Assembly: GCA_964057225.1 (NCBI GenBank)
Contig: OZ059900.1
Location: forward strand, 20,088,001-20,152,000
Reading direction: 5' to 3'
Origin: Auanema rhodensis
Lineage: Eukaryota; Animalia; Nematoda
DNA length: 64,000 nucleotides
The notes under the pieces: model-generated
Told to the model about the DNA's origin: nothing
The model's database searches: none
The model's input: only the letters and a program-made list of their open reading frames with translations
In this document: one piece after another, positions 40,188 through 56,261 of the stretch
How positions within the stretch are numbered: position 1 is the first letter of the stretch
How the letters are laid out: every line of letters begins with the position of its first letter
Translations under genes and position numbers: made by a program

Positions 40188-43100
40188 ACAACGTCTAGTT
40201 CCACTTTCACGACAAAAAAACAGGGGTTAGAAAATTAAGGAAATTAGCATATTCTGAGGGCACGCCCCTTATGGCTAATATTGATTAAATCGATTTTTGT
40301 TCATATGAGTCGTCAAATGCAACGAATTTCAGCGTGTTACATACTAAAATGAAACATTTTACATGCTGAACACTAGAAAAATACAAAAACACAGTATTTC
40401 TCATGAGAAATATTTTATTATGCTGGAAAACCAGTTTTTGGAAATTTCGCTGTAAACAAGGTTTTGACTTACGATTTCATGTGTTCAAACTCATGCAATG
40501 TCAATGAAACCTAGCTCAAAATTGTTCGTACAACGTCTAGTTCCACTTTCACGACAAAAAAACAGGGGTTAGAAAATTAAGGAAATTAGCATATTCTGAG
40601 GGCACGCCCCTTATGGCTAATATTGATTAAATCGATTTTTGTTCATATGAGTCGTCAAATGCAACGAATTTCAGCGTGTTACATACTAAAATGAAGCATT
40701 TTACATGCTGAACACTAGAAAAATACAAAAACACAGTATTTCCCATGAGAAATATTTTATTATGCTGGAAAACCAGTTTTTGGAAATTTCGCTGTAAACA
40801 AGGTTTTGACTTACGATTTCATGTGTTCAAACTCATGCAATGTCAATGAAACCTAGCTCAAAATTGTTCGTACAACGTCTAGTTCCACTTTCACGACAAG
40901 AAAACAGGAGGTAGAAAATTAGGGAAATTAGCATATTCTGAGGGCACGCCCCTTATGGCTAATATTGATTAAATCGATTTTTGTTCATATGAGTCGGCAA
41001 ATGCAACGAATTTCAGCGTGTTACATACTAAAATGAAGCATTTTACATGCTGAACACTAGAAAAATACAAAAACACAGTATTTCCCATGAGAAATATTTT
41101 ATTATGCTGGAAAACCAGTTTTTGGAAATTTCGCTGTAAACAAGGTTTTGACTTACGATTTCATGTGTTCAAACTCATGCAATGTCAATGAAACCTAGCT
41201 CAAAATTGTTCGTACAACGTCTAGTTCCACTTTCACGACAAAAAAACAGGGGTTAGAAAACTAAGGAAATTAGCATATTCTGAGGGCACGCCGTTTATGG
41301 CTAATATTGATTAAATCGATTTTTGTTCATATGAGTCGTCAAATGCAACGAATTTCAGCGTGTTACATACTAAAATGAAACATTTTACATGCTGAACACT
41401 AGAAAAATACAAAAACATAGTATTTCCCATGAGAAATATTTTATTATGCTGGAAAACCAGTTTTTGGAAATTTCGCTGTAAACAAGGTTTTGACTTACGA
41501 TTTCATGTGTTCAAACTCATGCAATGTCAATGAAACCTAGCTCAAAATTGTTCGTACAACGTCTAGTTCCACTTTCACGACAAAAAAACAGGAGGTAGAA
41601 AATTAGGGAAATTAGCATATTCTGAGGGCACGCCCCTTATGGCTAATATTGATTAAATCGATTTTTGTTCATATGAGTCGGCAAATGCAACGAATTTCAG
41701 CGTGTTACATACTAAAATGAAGCATTTTACATGCTGAACACTAGAAAAATACAAAAACACAGTATTTCCCATGAGAAATATTTTATTATGCTGGAAAACC
41801 AGTTTTTGGAAATTTCGCTGTAAACAAGGTTTTGACTTACGATTTCATGTGTTCAAACTCATGCAATGTCAATGAAACCTAGCTCAAAATTGTTCGTACA
41901 ACGTCTAGTTCCACTTTCACGACAGAAAAACAAGGGTTAGAAAATTAGGGAAATTAGCATATTCTGAGGGCACGCCCCTTATGGCTAATATTGATTAAAT
42001 CGATTTTTGTTCATATGAGTCGTCAAATGCAACGAATTTCAGCGTGTTACATACTAAAATGAAGCATTTTACATGCTGAACACTAGAAAAATACAAAAAC
42101 ACAGTATTTCCCATGAGAAATATTTTATTATGCTGGAAAACCAGTTTTTGGAAATTTCGCTGTAAACAAGGTTTTGACTTACGATTTCATGTGTTCAAAC
42201 TCATGCAATGTCAATGAAACCTAGCTCAAAATTGTTCGTACAACGTCTAGTTCCACTTTCACGACAAAAAAACAGGGGTTAGAAAATTAAGGAAATTAGC
42301 ATATTCTGAGGGCACGCCGTTTATGGCTAATATTGATTAAATCGATTTTTGTTCATATGAGTCGTCAAATGCAACGAATTTCAGCGTGTTACATACTAAA
42401 ATGAAACATTTTACATGCTGAACACTAGAAAAATACAAAAACATAGTATTTCCCATGAGAAATATTTTATTATGCTGGAAAACCAGTTTTTGGAAATTTC
42501 GCTGTAAACAAGGTTTTGACTTACGATTTCATGTGTTCAAACTCATGCAATGTCAATGAAACCTAGCTCAAAATTGTTCGAACAACGTCTAGTTCCACTT
42601 TCACGACAAAAAAACAGGAGGTAGAAAATTAGGGAAATTAGCATATTCTGAGGGCACGCCGTTTATGGCTAATATTGATTAAATCGATTTTTGTTCATAT
42701 GAGTCGTCAAATGCAACGAATTTCAGCGTGTTACATACTAAAATGAAACATTTTACATGCTGAACACTAGAAAAATACAAAAACATAGTATTTCCCATGA
42801 GAAATATTTTATTATGCTGGAAAACCAGTTTTTGGAAATTTCGCTGTAAACAAGGTTTTGACTTACGATTTCATGTGTTCAAACTCATGCAATGTCAATG
42901 AAACCTAGCTCAAAATTGTTCGAACAACGTCTAGTTCCACTTTCACGACAAAAAAACAGGAGGTAGAAAATTAGGGAAATTAGCATATTCTGAGGGCACG
43001 CCCCTTATGGCTAATATTGATTAAATCGATTTTTGTTCATATGAGTCGGCAAATGCAACGAATTTCAGCGTGTTACATACTAAAATGAAGCATTTTACAT

Positions 43101-46100
43101 GCTGAACACTAGAAAAATACAAAAACACAGTATTTCCCATGAGAAATATTTTATTATGCTGGAAAACCAGTTTTTGGAAATTTCGCTGTAAACAAGGTTT
43201 TGACTTACGATTTCATGTGTTCAAACTCATGCAATGTCAATGAAACCTAGCTCAAAATTGTTCGTACAACGTCTAGTTCCACTTTCACGACAAAAAAACA
43301 GGGGTTAGAAAATTAAGGAAATTAGCATATTCTGAGGGCACGCCCCTTATGGCTAATATTGATTAAATCGATTTTTGTTCATATGAATCGTCAAATGCAA
43401 CGAATTTCAGCGTGTTACATACTAAAATGAAACATTTTACATGCTGAACACTAGAAAAATACAAAAACACAGTATTTCTCATGAGAAATATTTTATTATG
43501 CTGGAAAACCAGTTTTTGGAAATTTCGCTGTAAACAAGGTTTTGACTTACGATTTCATGTGTTCAAACTCATGCAATGTCAATGAAACCTAGCTCAAAAT
43601 TGTTCGTACAACGTCTAGTTCCACTTTCACGACAAAAAAACAGGGGTTAGAAAATTAAGGAAATTAGCATATTCTGAGGGCACGCCCCTTATGGCTAATA
43701 TTGATTAAATCGATTTTTGTTCATATGAGTCGTCAAATGCAACGAATTTCAGCGTGTTACATACTAAAATGAAGCATTTTACATGCTGAACACTAGAAAA
43801 ATACAAAAACACAGTATTTCCCATGAGAAATATTTTATTATGCTGGAAAACCAGTTTTTGGAAATTTCGCTGTAAACAAGGTTTTGACTTACGATTTCAT
43901 GTGTTCAAACTCATGCAATGTCAATGAAACCTAGCTCAAAATTGTTCGTACAACGTCTAGTTCCACTTTCACGACAAGAAAACAGGAGGTAGAAAATTAG
44001 GGAAATTAGCATATTCTGAGGGCACGCCCCTTATGGCTAATATTGATTAAATCGATTTTTGTTCATATGAGTCGGCAAATGCAACGAATTTCAGCGTGTT
44101 ACATACTAAAATGAAGCATTTTACATGCTGAACACTAGAAAAATACAAAAACACAGTATTTCCCATGAGAAATATTTTATTATGCTGGAAAACCAGTTTT
44201 TGGAAATTTCGCTGTAAACAAGGTTTTGACTTACGATTTCATGTGTTCAAACTCATGCAATGTCAATGAAACCTAGCTCAAAATTGTTCGTACAACGTCT
44301 AGTTCCACTTTCACGACAAAAAAACAGGGGTTAGAAAATTAAGGAAATTAGCATATTCTGAGGGCACGCCGTTTATGGCTAATATTGATTAAATCGATTT
44401 TTGTTCATATGAGTCGTCAAATGCAACGAATTTCAGCGTGTTACATACTAAAATGAAACATTTTACATGCTGAACACTAGAAAAATACAAAAACATAGTA
44501 TTTCCCATGAGAAATATTTTATTATGCTGGAAAACCAGTTTTTGGAAATTTCGCTGTAAACAAGGTTTTGACTTACGATTTCATGTGTTCAAACTCATGC
44601 AATGTCAATGAAACCTAGCTCAAAATTGTTCGTACAACGTCTAGTTCCACTTTCACGACAAAAAAACAGGAGGTAGAAAATTAGGGAAATTAGCATATTC
44701 TGAGGGCACGCCCCTTATGGCTAATATTGATTAAATCGATTTTTGTTCATATGAGTCGGCAAATGCAACGAATTTCAGCGTGTTACATACTAAAATGAAG
44801 CATTTTACATGCTGAACACTAGAAAAATACAAAAACACAGTATTTCCCATGAGAAATATTTTATTATGCTGGAAAACCAGTTTTTGGAAATTTCGCTGTA
44901 AACAAGGTTTTGACTTACGATTTCATGTGTTCAAACTCATGCAATGTCAATGAAACCTAGCTCAAAATTGTTCGTACAACGTCTAGTTCCACTTTCACGA
45001 CAGAAAAACAAGGGTTAGAAAATTAGGGAAATTAGCATATTCTGAGGGCACGCCCCTTATGGCTAATATTGATTAAATCGATTTTTGTTCATATGAGTCG
45101 TCAAATGCAACGAATTTCAGCGTGTTACATACTAAAATGAAGCATTTTACATGCTGAACACTAGAAAAATACAAAAACACAGTATTTCCCATGAGAAATA
45201 TTTTATTATGCTGGAAAACCAGTTTTTGGAAATTTCGCTGTAAACAAGGTTTTGACTTACGATTTCATGTGTTCAAACTCATGCAATGTCAATGAAACCT
45301 AGCTCAAAATTGTTCGTACAACGTCTAGTTCCACTTTCACGACAAAAAAACAGGGGTTAGAAAATTAAGGAAATTAGCATATTCTGAGGGCACGCCGTTT
45401 ATGGCTAATATTGATTAAATCGATTTTTGTTCATATGAGTCGTCAAATGCAACGAATTTCAGCGTGTTACATACTAAAATGAAACATTTTACATGCTGAA
45501 CACTAGAAAAATACAAAAACATAGTATTTCCCATGAGAAATATTTTATTATGCTGGAAAACCAGTTTTTGGAAATTTCGCTGTAAACAAGGTTTTGACTT
45601 ACGATTTCATGTGTTCAAACTCATGCAATGTCAATGAAACCTAGCTCAAAATTGTTCGAACAACGTCTAGTTCCACTTTCACGACAAAAAAACAGGAGGT
45701 AGAAAATTAGGGAAATTAGCATATTCTGAGGGCACGCCGTTTATGGCTAATATTGATTAAATCGATTTTTGTTCATATGAGTCGTCAAATGCAACGAATT
45801 TCAGCGTGTTACATACTAAAATGAAACATTTTACATGCTGAACACTAGAAAAATACAAAAACATAGTATTTCCCATGAGAAATATTTTATTATGCTGGAA
45901 AACCAGTTTTTGGAAATTTCGCTGTAAACAAGGTTTTGACTTACGATTTCATGTGTTCAAACTCATGCAATGTCAATGAAACCTAGCTCAAAATTGTTCG
46001 AACAACGTCTAGTTCCACTTTCACGACAAAAAAACAGGAGGTAGAAAATTAGGGAAATTAGCATATTCTGAGGGCACGCCCCTTATGGCTAATATTGATT

Positions 46101-46343
46101 AAATCGATTTTTGTTCATATGAGTCGGCAAATGCAACGAATTTCAGCGTGTTACATACTAAAATGAAGCATTTTACATGCTGAACACTAGAAAAATACAA
46201 AAACACAGTATTTCCCATGAGAAATATTTTATTATGCTGGAAAACCAGTTTTTGGAAATTTCGCTGTAAACAAGGTTTTGACTTACGATTTCATGTGTTC
46301 AAACTCATGCAATGTCAATGAAACCTAGCTCAAAATTGTTCGT
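40188..46343. repeat. 9-monomer (3078-bp) tandem block duplication, M119-127 = M128-136
   Basis: Same ordered variant string: C214T 40401/43479, A29G 40900/43978, T342A pairs 42581, 42923 / 45659, 46001. Confidence 0.88.
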
Positions 46344-49300
46344 ACAACGTCTAGTTCCACTTTCACGACAGAAAAACAAGGGTTAGAAAATTAGGGAAAT
46401 TAGCATATTCTGAGGGCACGCCCCTTATGGCTAATATTGATTAAATCGATTTTTGTTCATATGAGTCGTCAAATGCAACGAATTTCAGCGTGTTACATAC
46501 TAAAATGAAGCATTTTACATGCTGAACACTAGAAAAATACAAAAACACAGTATTTCCCATGAGAAATATTTTATTATGCTGGAAAACCAGTTTTTGGAAA
46601 TTTCGCTGTAAACAAGGTTTTGACTTACGATTTCATGTGTTCAAACTCATGCAATGTCAATGAAACCTAGCTCAAAATTGTTCGTACAACGTCTAGTTCC
46701 ACTTTCACGACAAAAAAACAGGGGTTAGAAAATTAAGGAAATTAGCATATTCTGAGGGCACGCCCCTTATGGCTAATATTGATTAAATCGATTTTTGTTC
46801 ATATGAGTCGTCAAATGCAACGAATTTCAGCGTGTTACATACTAAAATGAAGCATTTTACATGCTGAACACTAGAAAAATACAAAAACACAGTATTTCCC
46901 ATGAGAAATATTTTATTATGCTGGAAAACCAGTTTTTGGAAATTTCGCTGTAAACAAGGTTTTGACTTACGATTTCATGTGTTCAAACTCATGCAATGTC
47001 AATGAAACCTAGCTCAAAATTGTTCGTACAACGTCTAGTTCCACTTTCACGACAAAAAAACAGGGGTTAGAAAATTAAGGAAATTAGCATATTCTGAGGG
47101 CACGCCCCTTATGGCTAATATTGATTAAATCGATTTTTGTTCATATGAGTCGTCAAATGCAACGAATTTCAGCGTGTTACATACTAAAATGAAGCATTTT
47201 ACATGCTGAACACTAGAAAAATACAAAAACACAGTATTTCCCATGAGAAATATTTTATTATGCTGGAAAACCAGTTTTTGGAAATTTCGCTGTAAACAAG
47301 GTTTTGACTTACGATTTCATGTGTTCAAACTCATGCAATGTCAATGAAACCTAGCTCAAAATTGTTCGTACAACGTCTAGTTCCACTTTCACGACAAAAA
47401 AACAGGAGGTAGAAAATTAGGGAAATTAGCATATTCTGAGGGCACGCCCCTTATGGCTAATATTGATTAAATCGATTTTTGTTCATATGAGTCGGCAAAT
47501 GCAACGAATTTCAGCGTGTTACATACTAAAATGAAGCATTTTACATGCTGAACACTAGAAAAATACAAAAACACAGTATTTCCCATGAGAAATATTTTAT
47601 TATGCTGGAAAACCAGTTTTTGGAAATTTCGCTGTAAACAAGGTTTTGACTTACGATTTCATGTGTTCAAACTCATGCAATGTCAATGAAACCTAGCTCA
47701 AAATTGTTCGTACAACGTCTAGTTCCACTTTCACGACAAAAAAACAGGGGTTAGAAAATTAAGGAAATTAGCATATTCTGAGGGCACGCCCCTTATGGCT
47801 AATATTGATTAAATCGATTTTTGTTCATATGAGTCGTCAAATGCAACGAATTTCAGCGTGTTACATACTAAAATGAAGCATTTTACATGCTGAACACTAG
47901 AAAAATACAAAAACACAGTATTTCTCATGAGAAATATTTTATTATGCTGGAAAACCAGTTTTTGGAAATTTCGCTGTAAACAAGGTTTTGACTTACGATT
48001 TCATGTGTTCAAACTCATGCAATGTCAATGAAACCTAGCTCAAAATTGTTCGTACAACGTCTAGTTCCACTTTCACGACAAAAAAACAGGGGTTAGAAAA
48101 TTAAGGAAATTAGCATATTCTGAGGGCACGCCCCTTATGGCTAATATTGATTAAATCGATTTTTGTTCATATGAGTCGTCAAATGCAACGAATTTCAGCG
48201 TGTTACATACTAAAATGAAGCATTTTACATGCTGAACACTAGAAAAATACAAAAACACAGTATTTCCCATGAGAAATATTTTATTATGCTGGAAAACCAG
48301 TTTTTGGAAATTTCGCTGTAAACAAGGTTTTGACTTACGATTTCATGTGTTCAAACTCATGCAATGTCAATGAAACCTAGCTCAAAATTGTTCGTACAAC
48401 GTCTAGTTCCACTTTCACGACAAAAAAACAGGGGTTAGAAAATTAAGGAAATTAGCATATTCTGAGGGCACGCCGTTTATGGCTAATATTGATTAAATCG
48501 ATTTTTGTTCATATGAGTCGTCAAATGCAACGAATTTCAGCGTGTTACATACTAAAATGAAACATTTTACATGCTGAACACTAGAAAAATACAAAAACAC
48601 AGTATTTCCCATGAGAAATATTTTATTATGCTGGAAAACCAGTTTTTGGAAATTTCGCTGTAAACAAGGTTTTGACTTACGATTTCATGTGTTCAAACTC
48701 ATGCAATGTCAATGAAACCTAGCTCAAAATTGTTCGTACAACGTCTAGTTCCACTTTCACGACAAAAAAACAGGAGGTAGAAAATTAGGGAAATTAGCAT
48801 ATTCTGAGGGCACGCCCCTTATGGCTAATATTGATTAAATCGATTTTTGTTCATATGAGTCGGCAAATGCAACGAATTTCAGCGTGTTACATACTAAAAT
48901 GAAGCATTTTACATGCTGAACACTAGAAAAATACAAAAACACAGTATTTCCCATGAGAAATATTTTATTATGCTGGAAAACCAGTTTTTGGAAATTTCGC
49001 TGTAAACAAGGTTTTGACTTACGATTTCATGTGTTCAAACTCATGCAATGTCAATGAAACCTAGCTCAAAATTGTTCGTACAACGTCTAGTTCCACTTTC
49101 ACGACAAAAAAACAGGGGTTAGAAAATTAAGGAAATTAGCATATTCTGAGGGCACGCCGTTTATGGCTAATATTGATTAAATCGATTTTTGTTCATATGA
49201 GTCGTCAAATGCAACGAATTTCAGCGTGTTACATACTAAAATGAAACATTTTACATGCTGAACACTAGAAAAATACAAAAACATAGTATTTCCCATGAGA

Positions 49301-52300
49301 AATATTTTATTATGCTGGAAAACCAGTTTTTGGAAATTTCGCTGTAAACAAGGTTTTGACTTACGATTTCATGTGTTCAAACTCATGCAATGTCAATGAA
49401 ACCTAGCTCAAAATTGTTCGTACAACGTCTAGTTCCACTTTCACGACAAAAAAACAGGGGTTAGAAAATTAAGGAAATTAGCATATTCTGAGGGCACGCC
49501 GTTTATGGCTAATATTGATTAAATCGATTTTTGTTCATATGAGTCGTCAAATGCAACGAATTTCAGCGTGTTACATACTAAAATGAAACATTTTACATGC
49601 TGAACACTAGAAAAATACAAAAACACAGTATTTCCCATGAGAAATATTTTATTATGCTGGAAAACCAGTTTTTGGAAATTTCGCTGTAAACAAGGTTTTG
49701 ACTTACGATTTCATGTGTTCAAACTCATGCAATGTCAATGAAACCTAGCTCAAAATTGTTCGTACAACGTCTAGTTCCACTTTCACGACAAAAAAACAGG
49801 GGTTAGAAAATTAAGGAAATTAGCATATTCTGAGGGCACGCCCCTTATGGCTAATATTGATTAAATCGATTTTTGTTCATATGAGTCGTCAAATGCAACG
49901 AATTTCAGCGTGTTACATACTAAAATGAAGCATTTTACATGCTGAACACTAGAAAAATACAAAAACACAGTATTTCCCATGAGAAATATTTTATTATGCT
50001 GGAAAACCAGTTTTTGGAAATTTCGCTGTAAACAAGGTTTTGACTTACGATTTCATGTGTTCAAACTCATGCAATGTCAATGAAACCTAGCTCAAAATTG
50101 TTCGTACAACGTCTAGTTCCACTTTCACGACAAGAAAACAGGAGGTAGAAAATTAGGGAAATTAGCATATTCTGAGGGCACGCCCCTTATGGCTAATATT
50201 GATTAAATCGATTTTTGTTCATATGAGTCGGCAAATGCAACGAATTTCAGCGTGTTACATACTTAAATGAAGCATTTTACATGCTGAACACTAGAAAAAT
50301 ACAAAAACACAGTATTTCCCATGAGAAATATTTTATTATGCTGGAAAACCAGTTTTTGGAAATTTCGCTGTAAACAAGGTTTTGACTTACGATTTCATGT
50401 GTTCAAACTCATGCAATGTCAATGAAACCTAGCTCAAAATTGTTCGTACAACGTCTAGTTCCACTTTCACGACAAAAAAACAGGGGTTAGAAAATTAAGG
50501 AAATTAGCATATTCTGAGGGCACGCCGTTTATGGCTAATATTGATTAAATCGATTTTTGTTCATATGAGTCGTCAAATGCAACGAATTTCAGCGTGTTAC
50601 ATACTAAAATGAAACATTTTACATGCTGAACACTAGAAAAATACAAAAACATAGTATTTCCCATGAGAAATATTTTATTATGCTGGAAAACCAGTTTTTG
50701 GAAATTTCGCTGTAAACAAGGTTTTGACTTACGATTTCATGTGTTCAAACTCATGCAATGTCAATGAAACCTAGCTCAAAATTGTTCGTACAACGTCTAG
50801 TTCCACTTTCACGACAAAAAAACAGGAGGTAGAAAATTAGGGAAATTAGCATATTCTGAGGGCACGCCCCTTATGGCTAATATTGATTAAATCGATTTTT
50901 GTTCATATGAGTCGGCAAATGCAACGAATTTCAGCGTGTTACATACTAAAATGAAGCATTTTACATGCTGAACACTAGAAAAATACAAAAACACAGTATT
51001 TCCCATGAGAAATATTTTATTATGCTGGAAAACCAGTTTTTGGAAATTTCGCTGTAAACAAGGTTTTGACTTACGATTTCATGTGTTCAAACTCATGCAA
51101 TGTCAATGAAACCTAGCTCAAAATTGTTCGTACAACGTCTAGTTCCACTTTCACGACAGAAAAACAAGGGTTAGAAAATTAGGGAAATTAGCATATTCTG
51201 AGGGCACGCCCCTTATGGCTAATATTGATTAAATCGATTTTTGTTCATATGAGTCGTCAAATGCAACGAATTTCAGCGTGTTACATACTAAAATGAAGCA
51301 TTTTACATGCTGAACACTAGAAAAATACAAAAACACAGTATTTCCCATGAGAAATATTTTATTATGCTGGAAAACCAGTTTTTGGAAATTTCGCTGTAAA
51401 CAAGGTTTTGACTTACGATTTCATGTGTTCAAACTCATGCAATGTCAATGAAACCTAGCTCAAAATTGTTCGTACAACGTCTAGTTCCACTTTCACGACA
51501 AAAAAACAGGGGTTAGAAAATTAAGGAAATTAGCATATTCTGAGGGCACGCCGTTTATGGCTAATATTGATTAAATCGATTTTTGTTCATATGAGTCGTC
51601 AAATGCAACGAATTTCAGCGTGTTACATACTAAAATGAAACATTTTACATGCTGAACACTAGAAAAATACAAAAACATAGTATTTCCCATGAGAAATATT
51701 TTATTATGCTGGAAAACCAGTTTTTGGAAATTTCGCTGTAAACAAGGTTTTGACTTACGATTTCATGTGTTCAAACTCATGCAATGTCAATGAAACCTAG
51801 CTCAAAATTGTTCGAACAACGTCTAGTTCCACTTTCACGACAAAAAAACAGGAGGTAGAAAATTAGGGAAATTAGCATATTCTGAGGGCACGCCGTTTAT
51901 GGCTAATATTGATTAAATCGATTTTTGTTCATATGAGTCGTCAAATGCAACGAATTTCAGCGTGTTACATACTAAAATGAAACATTTTACATGCTGAACA
52001 CTAGAAAAATACAAAAACATAGTATTTCCCATGAGAAATATTTTATTATGCTGGAAAACCAGTTTTTGGAAATTTCGCTGTAAACAAGGTTTTGACTTAC
52101 GATTTCATGTGTTCAAACTCATGCAATGTCAATGAAACCTAGCTCAAAATTGTTCGAACAACGTCTAGTTCCACTTTCACGACAAAAAAACAGGAGGTAG
52201 AAAATTAGGGAAATTAGCATATTCTGAGGGCACGCCCCTTATGGCTAATATTGATTAAATCGATTTTTGTTCATATGAGTCGGCAAATGCAACGAATTTC

Positions 52301-55300
52301 AGCGTGTTACATACTAAAATGAAGCATTTTACATGCTGAACACTAGAAAAATACAAAAACACAGTATTTCCCATGAGAAATATTTTATTATGCTGGAAAA
52401 CCAGTTTTTGGAAATTTCGCTGTAAACAAGGTTTTGACTTACGATTTCATGTGTTCAAACTCATGCAATGTCAATGAAACCTAGCTCAAAATTGTTCGTA
52501 CAACGTCTAGTTCCACTTTCACGACAGAAAAACAAGGGTTAGAAAATTAGGGAAATTAGCATATTCTGAGGGCACGCCCCTTATGGCTAATATTGATTAA
52601 ATCGATTTTTGTTCATATGAGTCGTCAAATGCAACGAATTTCAGCGTGTTACATACTAAAATGAAGCATTTTACATGCTGAACACTAGAAAAATACAAAA
52701 ACACAGTATTTCCCATGAGAAATATTTTATTATGCTGGAAAACCAGTTTTTGGAAATTTCGCTGTAAACAAGGTTTTGACTTACGATTTCATGTGTTCAA
52801 ACTCATGCAATGTCAATGAAACCTAGCTCAAAATTGTTCGTACAACGTCTAGTTCCACTTTCACGACAAAAAAACAGGGGTTAGAAAATTAAGGAAATTA
52901 GCATATTCTGAGGGCACGCCCCTTATGGCTAATATTGATTAAATCGATTTTTGTTCATATGAGTCGTCAAATGCAACGAATTTCAGCGTGTTACATACTA
53001 AAATGAAGCATTTTACATGCTGAACACTAGAAAAATACAAAAACACAGTATTTCCCATGAGAAATATTTTATTATGCTGGAAAACCAGTTTTTGGAAATT
53101 TCGCTGTAAACAAGGTTTTGACTTACGATTTCATGTGTTCAAACTCATGCAATGTCAATGAAACCTAGCTCAAAATTGTTCGTACAACGTCTAGTTCCAC
53201 TTTCACGACAAAAAAACAGGGGTTAGAAAATTAAGGAAATTAGCATATTCTGAGGGCACGCCCCTTATGGCTAATATTGATTAAATCGATTTTTGTTCAT
53301 ATGAGTCGTCAAATGCAACGAATTTCAGCGTGTTACATACTAAAATGAAGCATTTTACATGCTGAACACTAGAAAAATACAAAAACACAGTATTTCCCAT
53401 GAGAAATATTTTATTATGCTGGAAAACCAGTTTTTGGAAATTTCGCTGTAAACAAGGTTTTGACTTACGATTTCATGTGTTCAAACTCATGCAATGTCAA
53501 TGAAACCTAGCTCAAAATTGTTCGTACAACGTCTAGTTCCACTTTCACGACAAAAAAACAGGAGGTAGAAAATTAGGGAAATTAGCATATTCTGAGGGCA
53601 CGCCCCTTATGGCTAATATTGATTAAATCGATTTTTGTTCATATGAGTCGGCAAATGCAACGAATTTCAGCGTGTTACATACTAAAATGAAGCATTTTAC
53701 ATGCTGAACACTAGAAAAATACAAAAACACAGTATTTCCCATGAGAAATATTTTATTATGCTGGAAAACCAGTTTTTGGAAATTTCGCTGTAAACAAGGT
53801 TTTGACTTACGATTTCATGTGTTCAAACTCATGCAATGTCAATGAAACCTAGCTCAAAATTGTTCGTACAACGTCTAGTTCCACTTTCACGACAAAAAAA
53901 CAGGGGTTAGAAAATTAAGGAAATTAGCATATTCTGAGGGCACGCCCCTTATGGCTAATATTGATTAAATCGATTTTTGTTCATATGAGTCGTCAAATGC
54001 AACGAATTTCAGCGTGTTACATACTAAAATGAAGCATTTTACATGCTGAACACTAGAAAAATACAAAAACACAGTATTTCTCATGAGAAATATTTTATTA
54101 TGCTGGAAAACCAGTTTTTGGAAATTTCGCTGTAAACAAGGTTTTGACTTACGATTTCATGTGTTCAAACTCATGCAATGTCAATGAAACCTAGCTCAAA
54201 ATTGTTCGTACAACGTCTAGTTCCACTTTCACGACAAAAAAACAGGGGTTAGAAAATTAAGGAAATTAGCATATTCTGAGGGCACGCCCCTTATGGCTAA
54301 TATTGATTAAATCGATTTTTGTTCATATGAGTCGTCAAATGCAACGAATTTCAGCGTGTTACATACTAAAATGAAGCATTTTACATGCTGAACACTAGAA
54401 AAATACAAAAACACAGTATTTCCCATGAGAAATATTTTATTATGCTGGAAAACCAGTTTTTGGAAATTTCGCTGTAAACAAGGTTTTGACTTACGATTTC
54501 ATGTGTTCAAACTCATGCAATGTCAATGAAACCTAGCTCAAAATTGTTCGTACAACGTCTAGTTCCACTTTCACGACAAAAAAACAGGGGTTAGAAAATT
54601 AAGGAAATTAGCATATTCTGAGGGCACGCCGTTTATGGCTAATATTGATTAAATCGATTTTTGTTCATATGAGTCGTCAAATGCAACGAATTTCAGCGTG
54701 TTACATACTAAAATGAAACATTTTACATGCTGAACACTAGAAAAATAGAAAAACACAGTATTTCCCATGAGAAATATTTTATTATGCTGGAAAACCAGTT
54801 TTTGGAAATTTCGCTGTAAACAAGGTTTTGACTTACGATTTCATGTGTTCAAACTCATGCAATGTCAATGAAACCTAGCTCAAAATTGTTCGTACAACGT
54901 CTAGTTCCACTTTCACGACAAAAAAACAGGAGGTAGAAAATTAGGGAAATTAGCATATTCTGAGGGCACGCCCCTTATGGCTAATATTGATTAAATCGAT
55001 TTTTGTTCATATGAGTCGGCAAATGCAACGAATTTCAGCGTGTTACATACTAAAATGAAGCATTTTACATGCTGAACACTAGAAAAATACAAAAACACAG
55101 TATTTCCCATGAGAAATATTTTATTATGCTGGAAAACCAGTTTTTGGAAATTTCGCTGTAAACAAGGTTTTGACTTACGATTTCATGTGTTCAAACTCAT
55201 GCAATGTCAATGAAACCTAGCTCAAAATTGTTCGTACAACGTCTAGTTCCACTTTCACGACAAAAAAACAGGGGTTAGAAAATTAAGGAAATTAGCATAT

Positions 55301-55919
55301 TCTGAGGGCACGCCGTTTATGGCTAATATTGATTAAATCGATTTTTGTTCATATGAGTCGTCAAATGCAACGAATTTCAGCGTGTTACATACTAAAATGA
55401 AACATTTTACATGCTGAACACTAGAAAAATACAAAAACATAGTATTTCCCATGAGAAATATTTTATTATGCTGGAAAACCAGTTTTTGGAAATTTCGCTG
55501 TAAACAAGGTTTTGACTTACGATTTCATGTGTTCAAACTCATGCAATGTCAATGAAACCTAGCTCAAAATTGTTCGTACAACGTCTAGTTCCACTTTCAC
55601 GACAAAAAAACAGGGGTTAGAAAATTAAGGAAATTAGCATATTCTGAGGGCACGCCGTTTATGGCTAATATTGATTAAATCGATTTTTGTTCATATGAGT
55701 CGTCAAATGCAACGAATTTCAGCGTGTTACATACTAAAATGAAACATTTTACATGCTGAACACTAGAAAAATACAAAAACACAGTATTTCCCATGAGAAA
55801 TATTTTATTATGCTGGAAAACCAGTTTTTGGAAATTTCGCTGTAAACAAGGTTTTGACTTACGATTTCATGTGTTCAAACTCATGCAATGTCAATGAAAC
55901 CTAGCTCAAAATTGTTCGT
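43608..55919. repeat. 18-monomer (6156-bp) tandem block duplication, M129-146 = M147-164
   Basis: Same order of monomer types: A29G 43978/50134, T342A 45659/51815, C214T 47925/54081. Confidence 0.9.
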
Positions 55920-56261
55920 ACAACGTCTAGTTCCACTTTCACGACAAAAAAACAGGAGGTAGAAAATTAGGGAAATTAGCATATTCTGAGGGCACGCCCC
56001 TTATGGCTAATATTGATTAAATCGATTTTTGTTCATATGAGTCGGCAAATGCAACGAATTTCAGCGTGTTACATACTAAAATGAAGCATTTTACATGCTG
56101 AACACTAGAAAAATACAAAAACACAGTATTTCCCATGAGAAATATTTTATTATGCTGGAAAACCAGTTTTTGGAAATTTCGCTGTAAACAAGGTTTTGAC
56201 TTACGATTTCATGTGTTCAAACTCATGCAATGTCAATGAAACCTAGCTCAAAATTGTTCGT

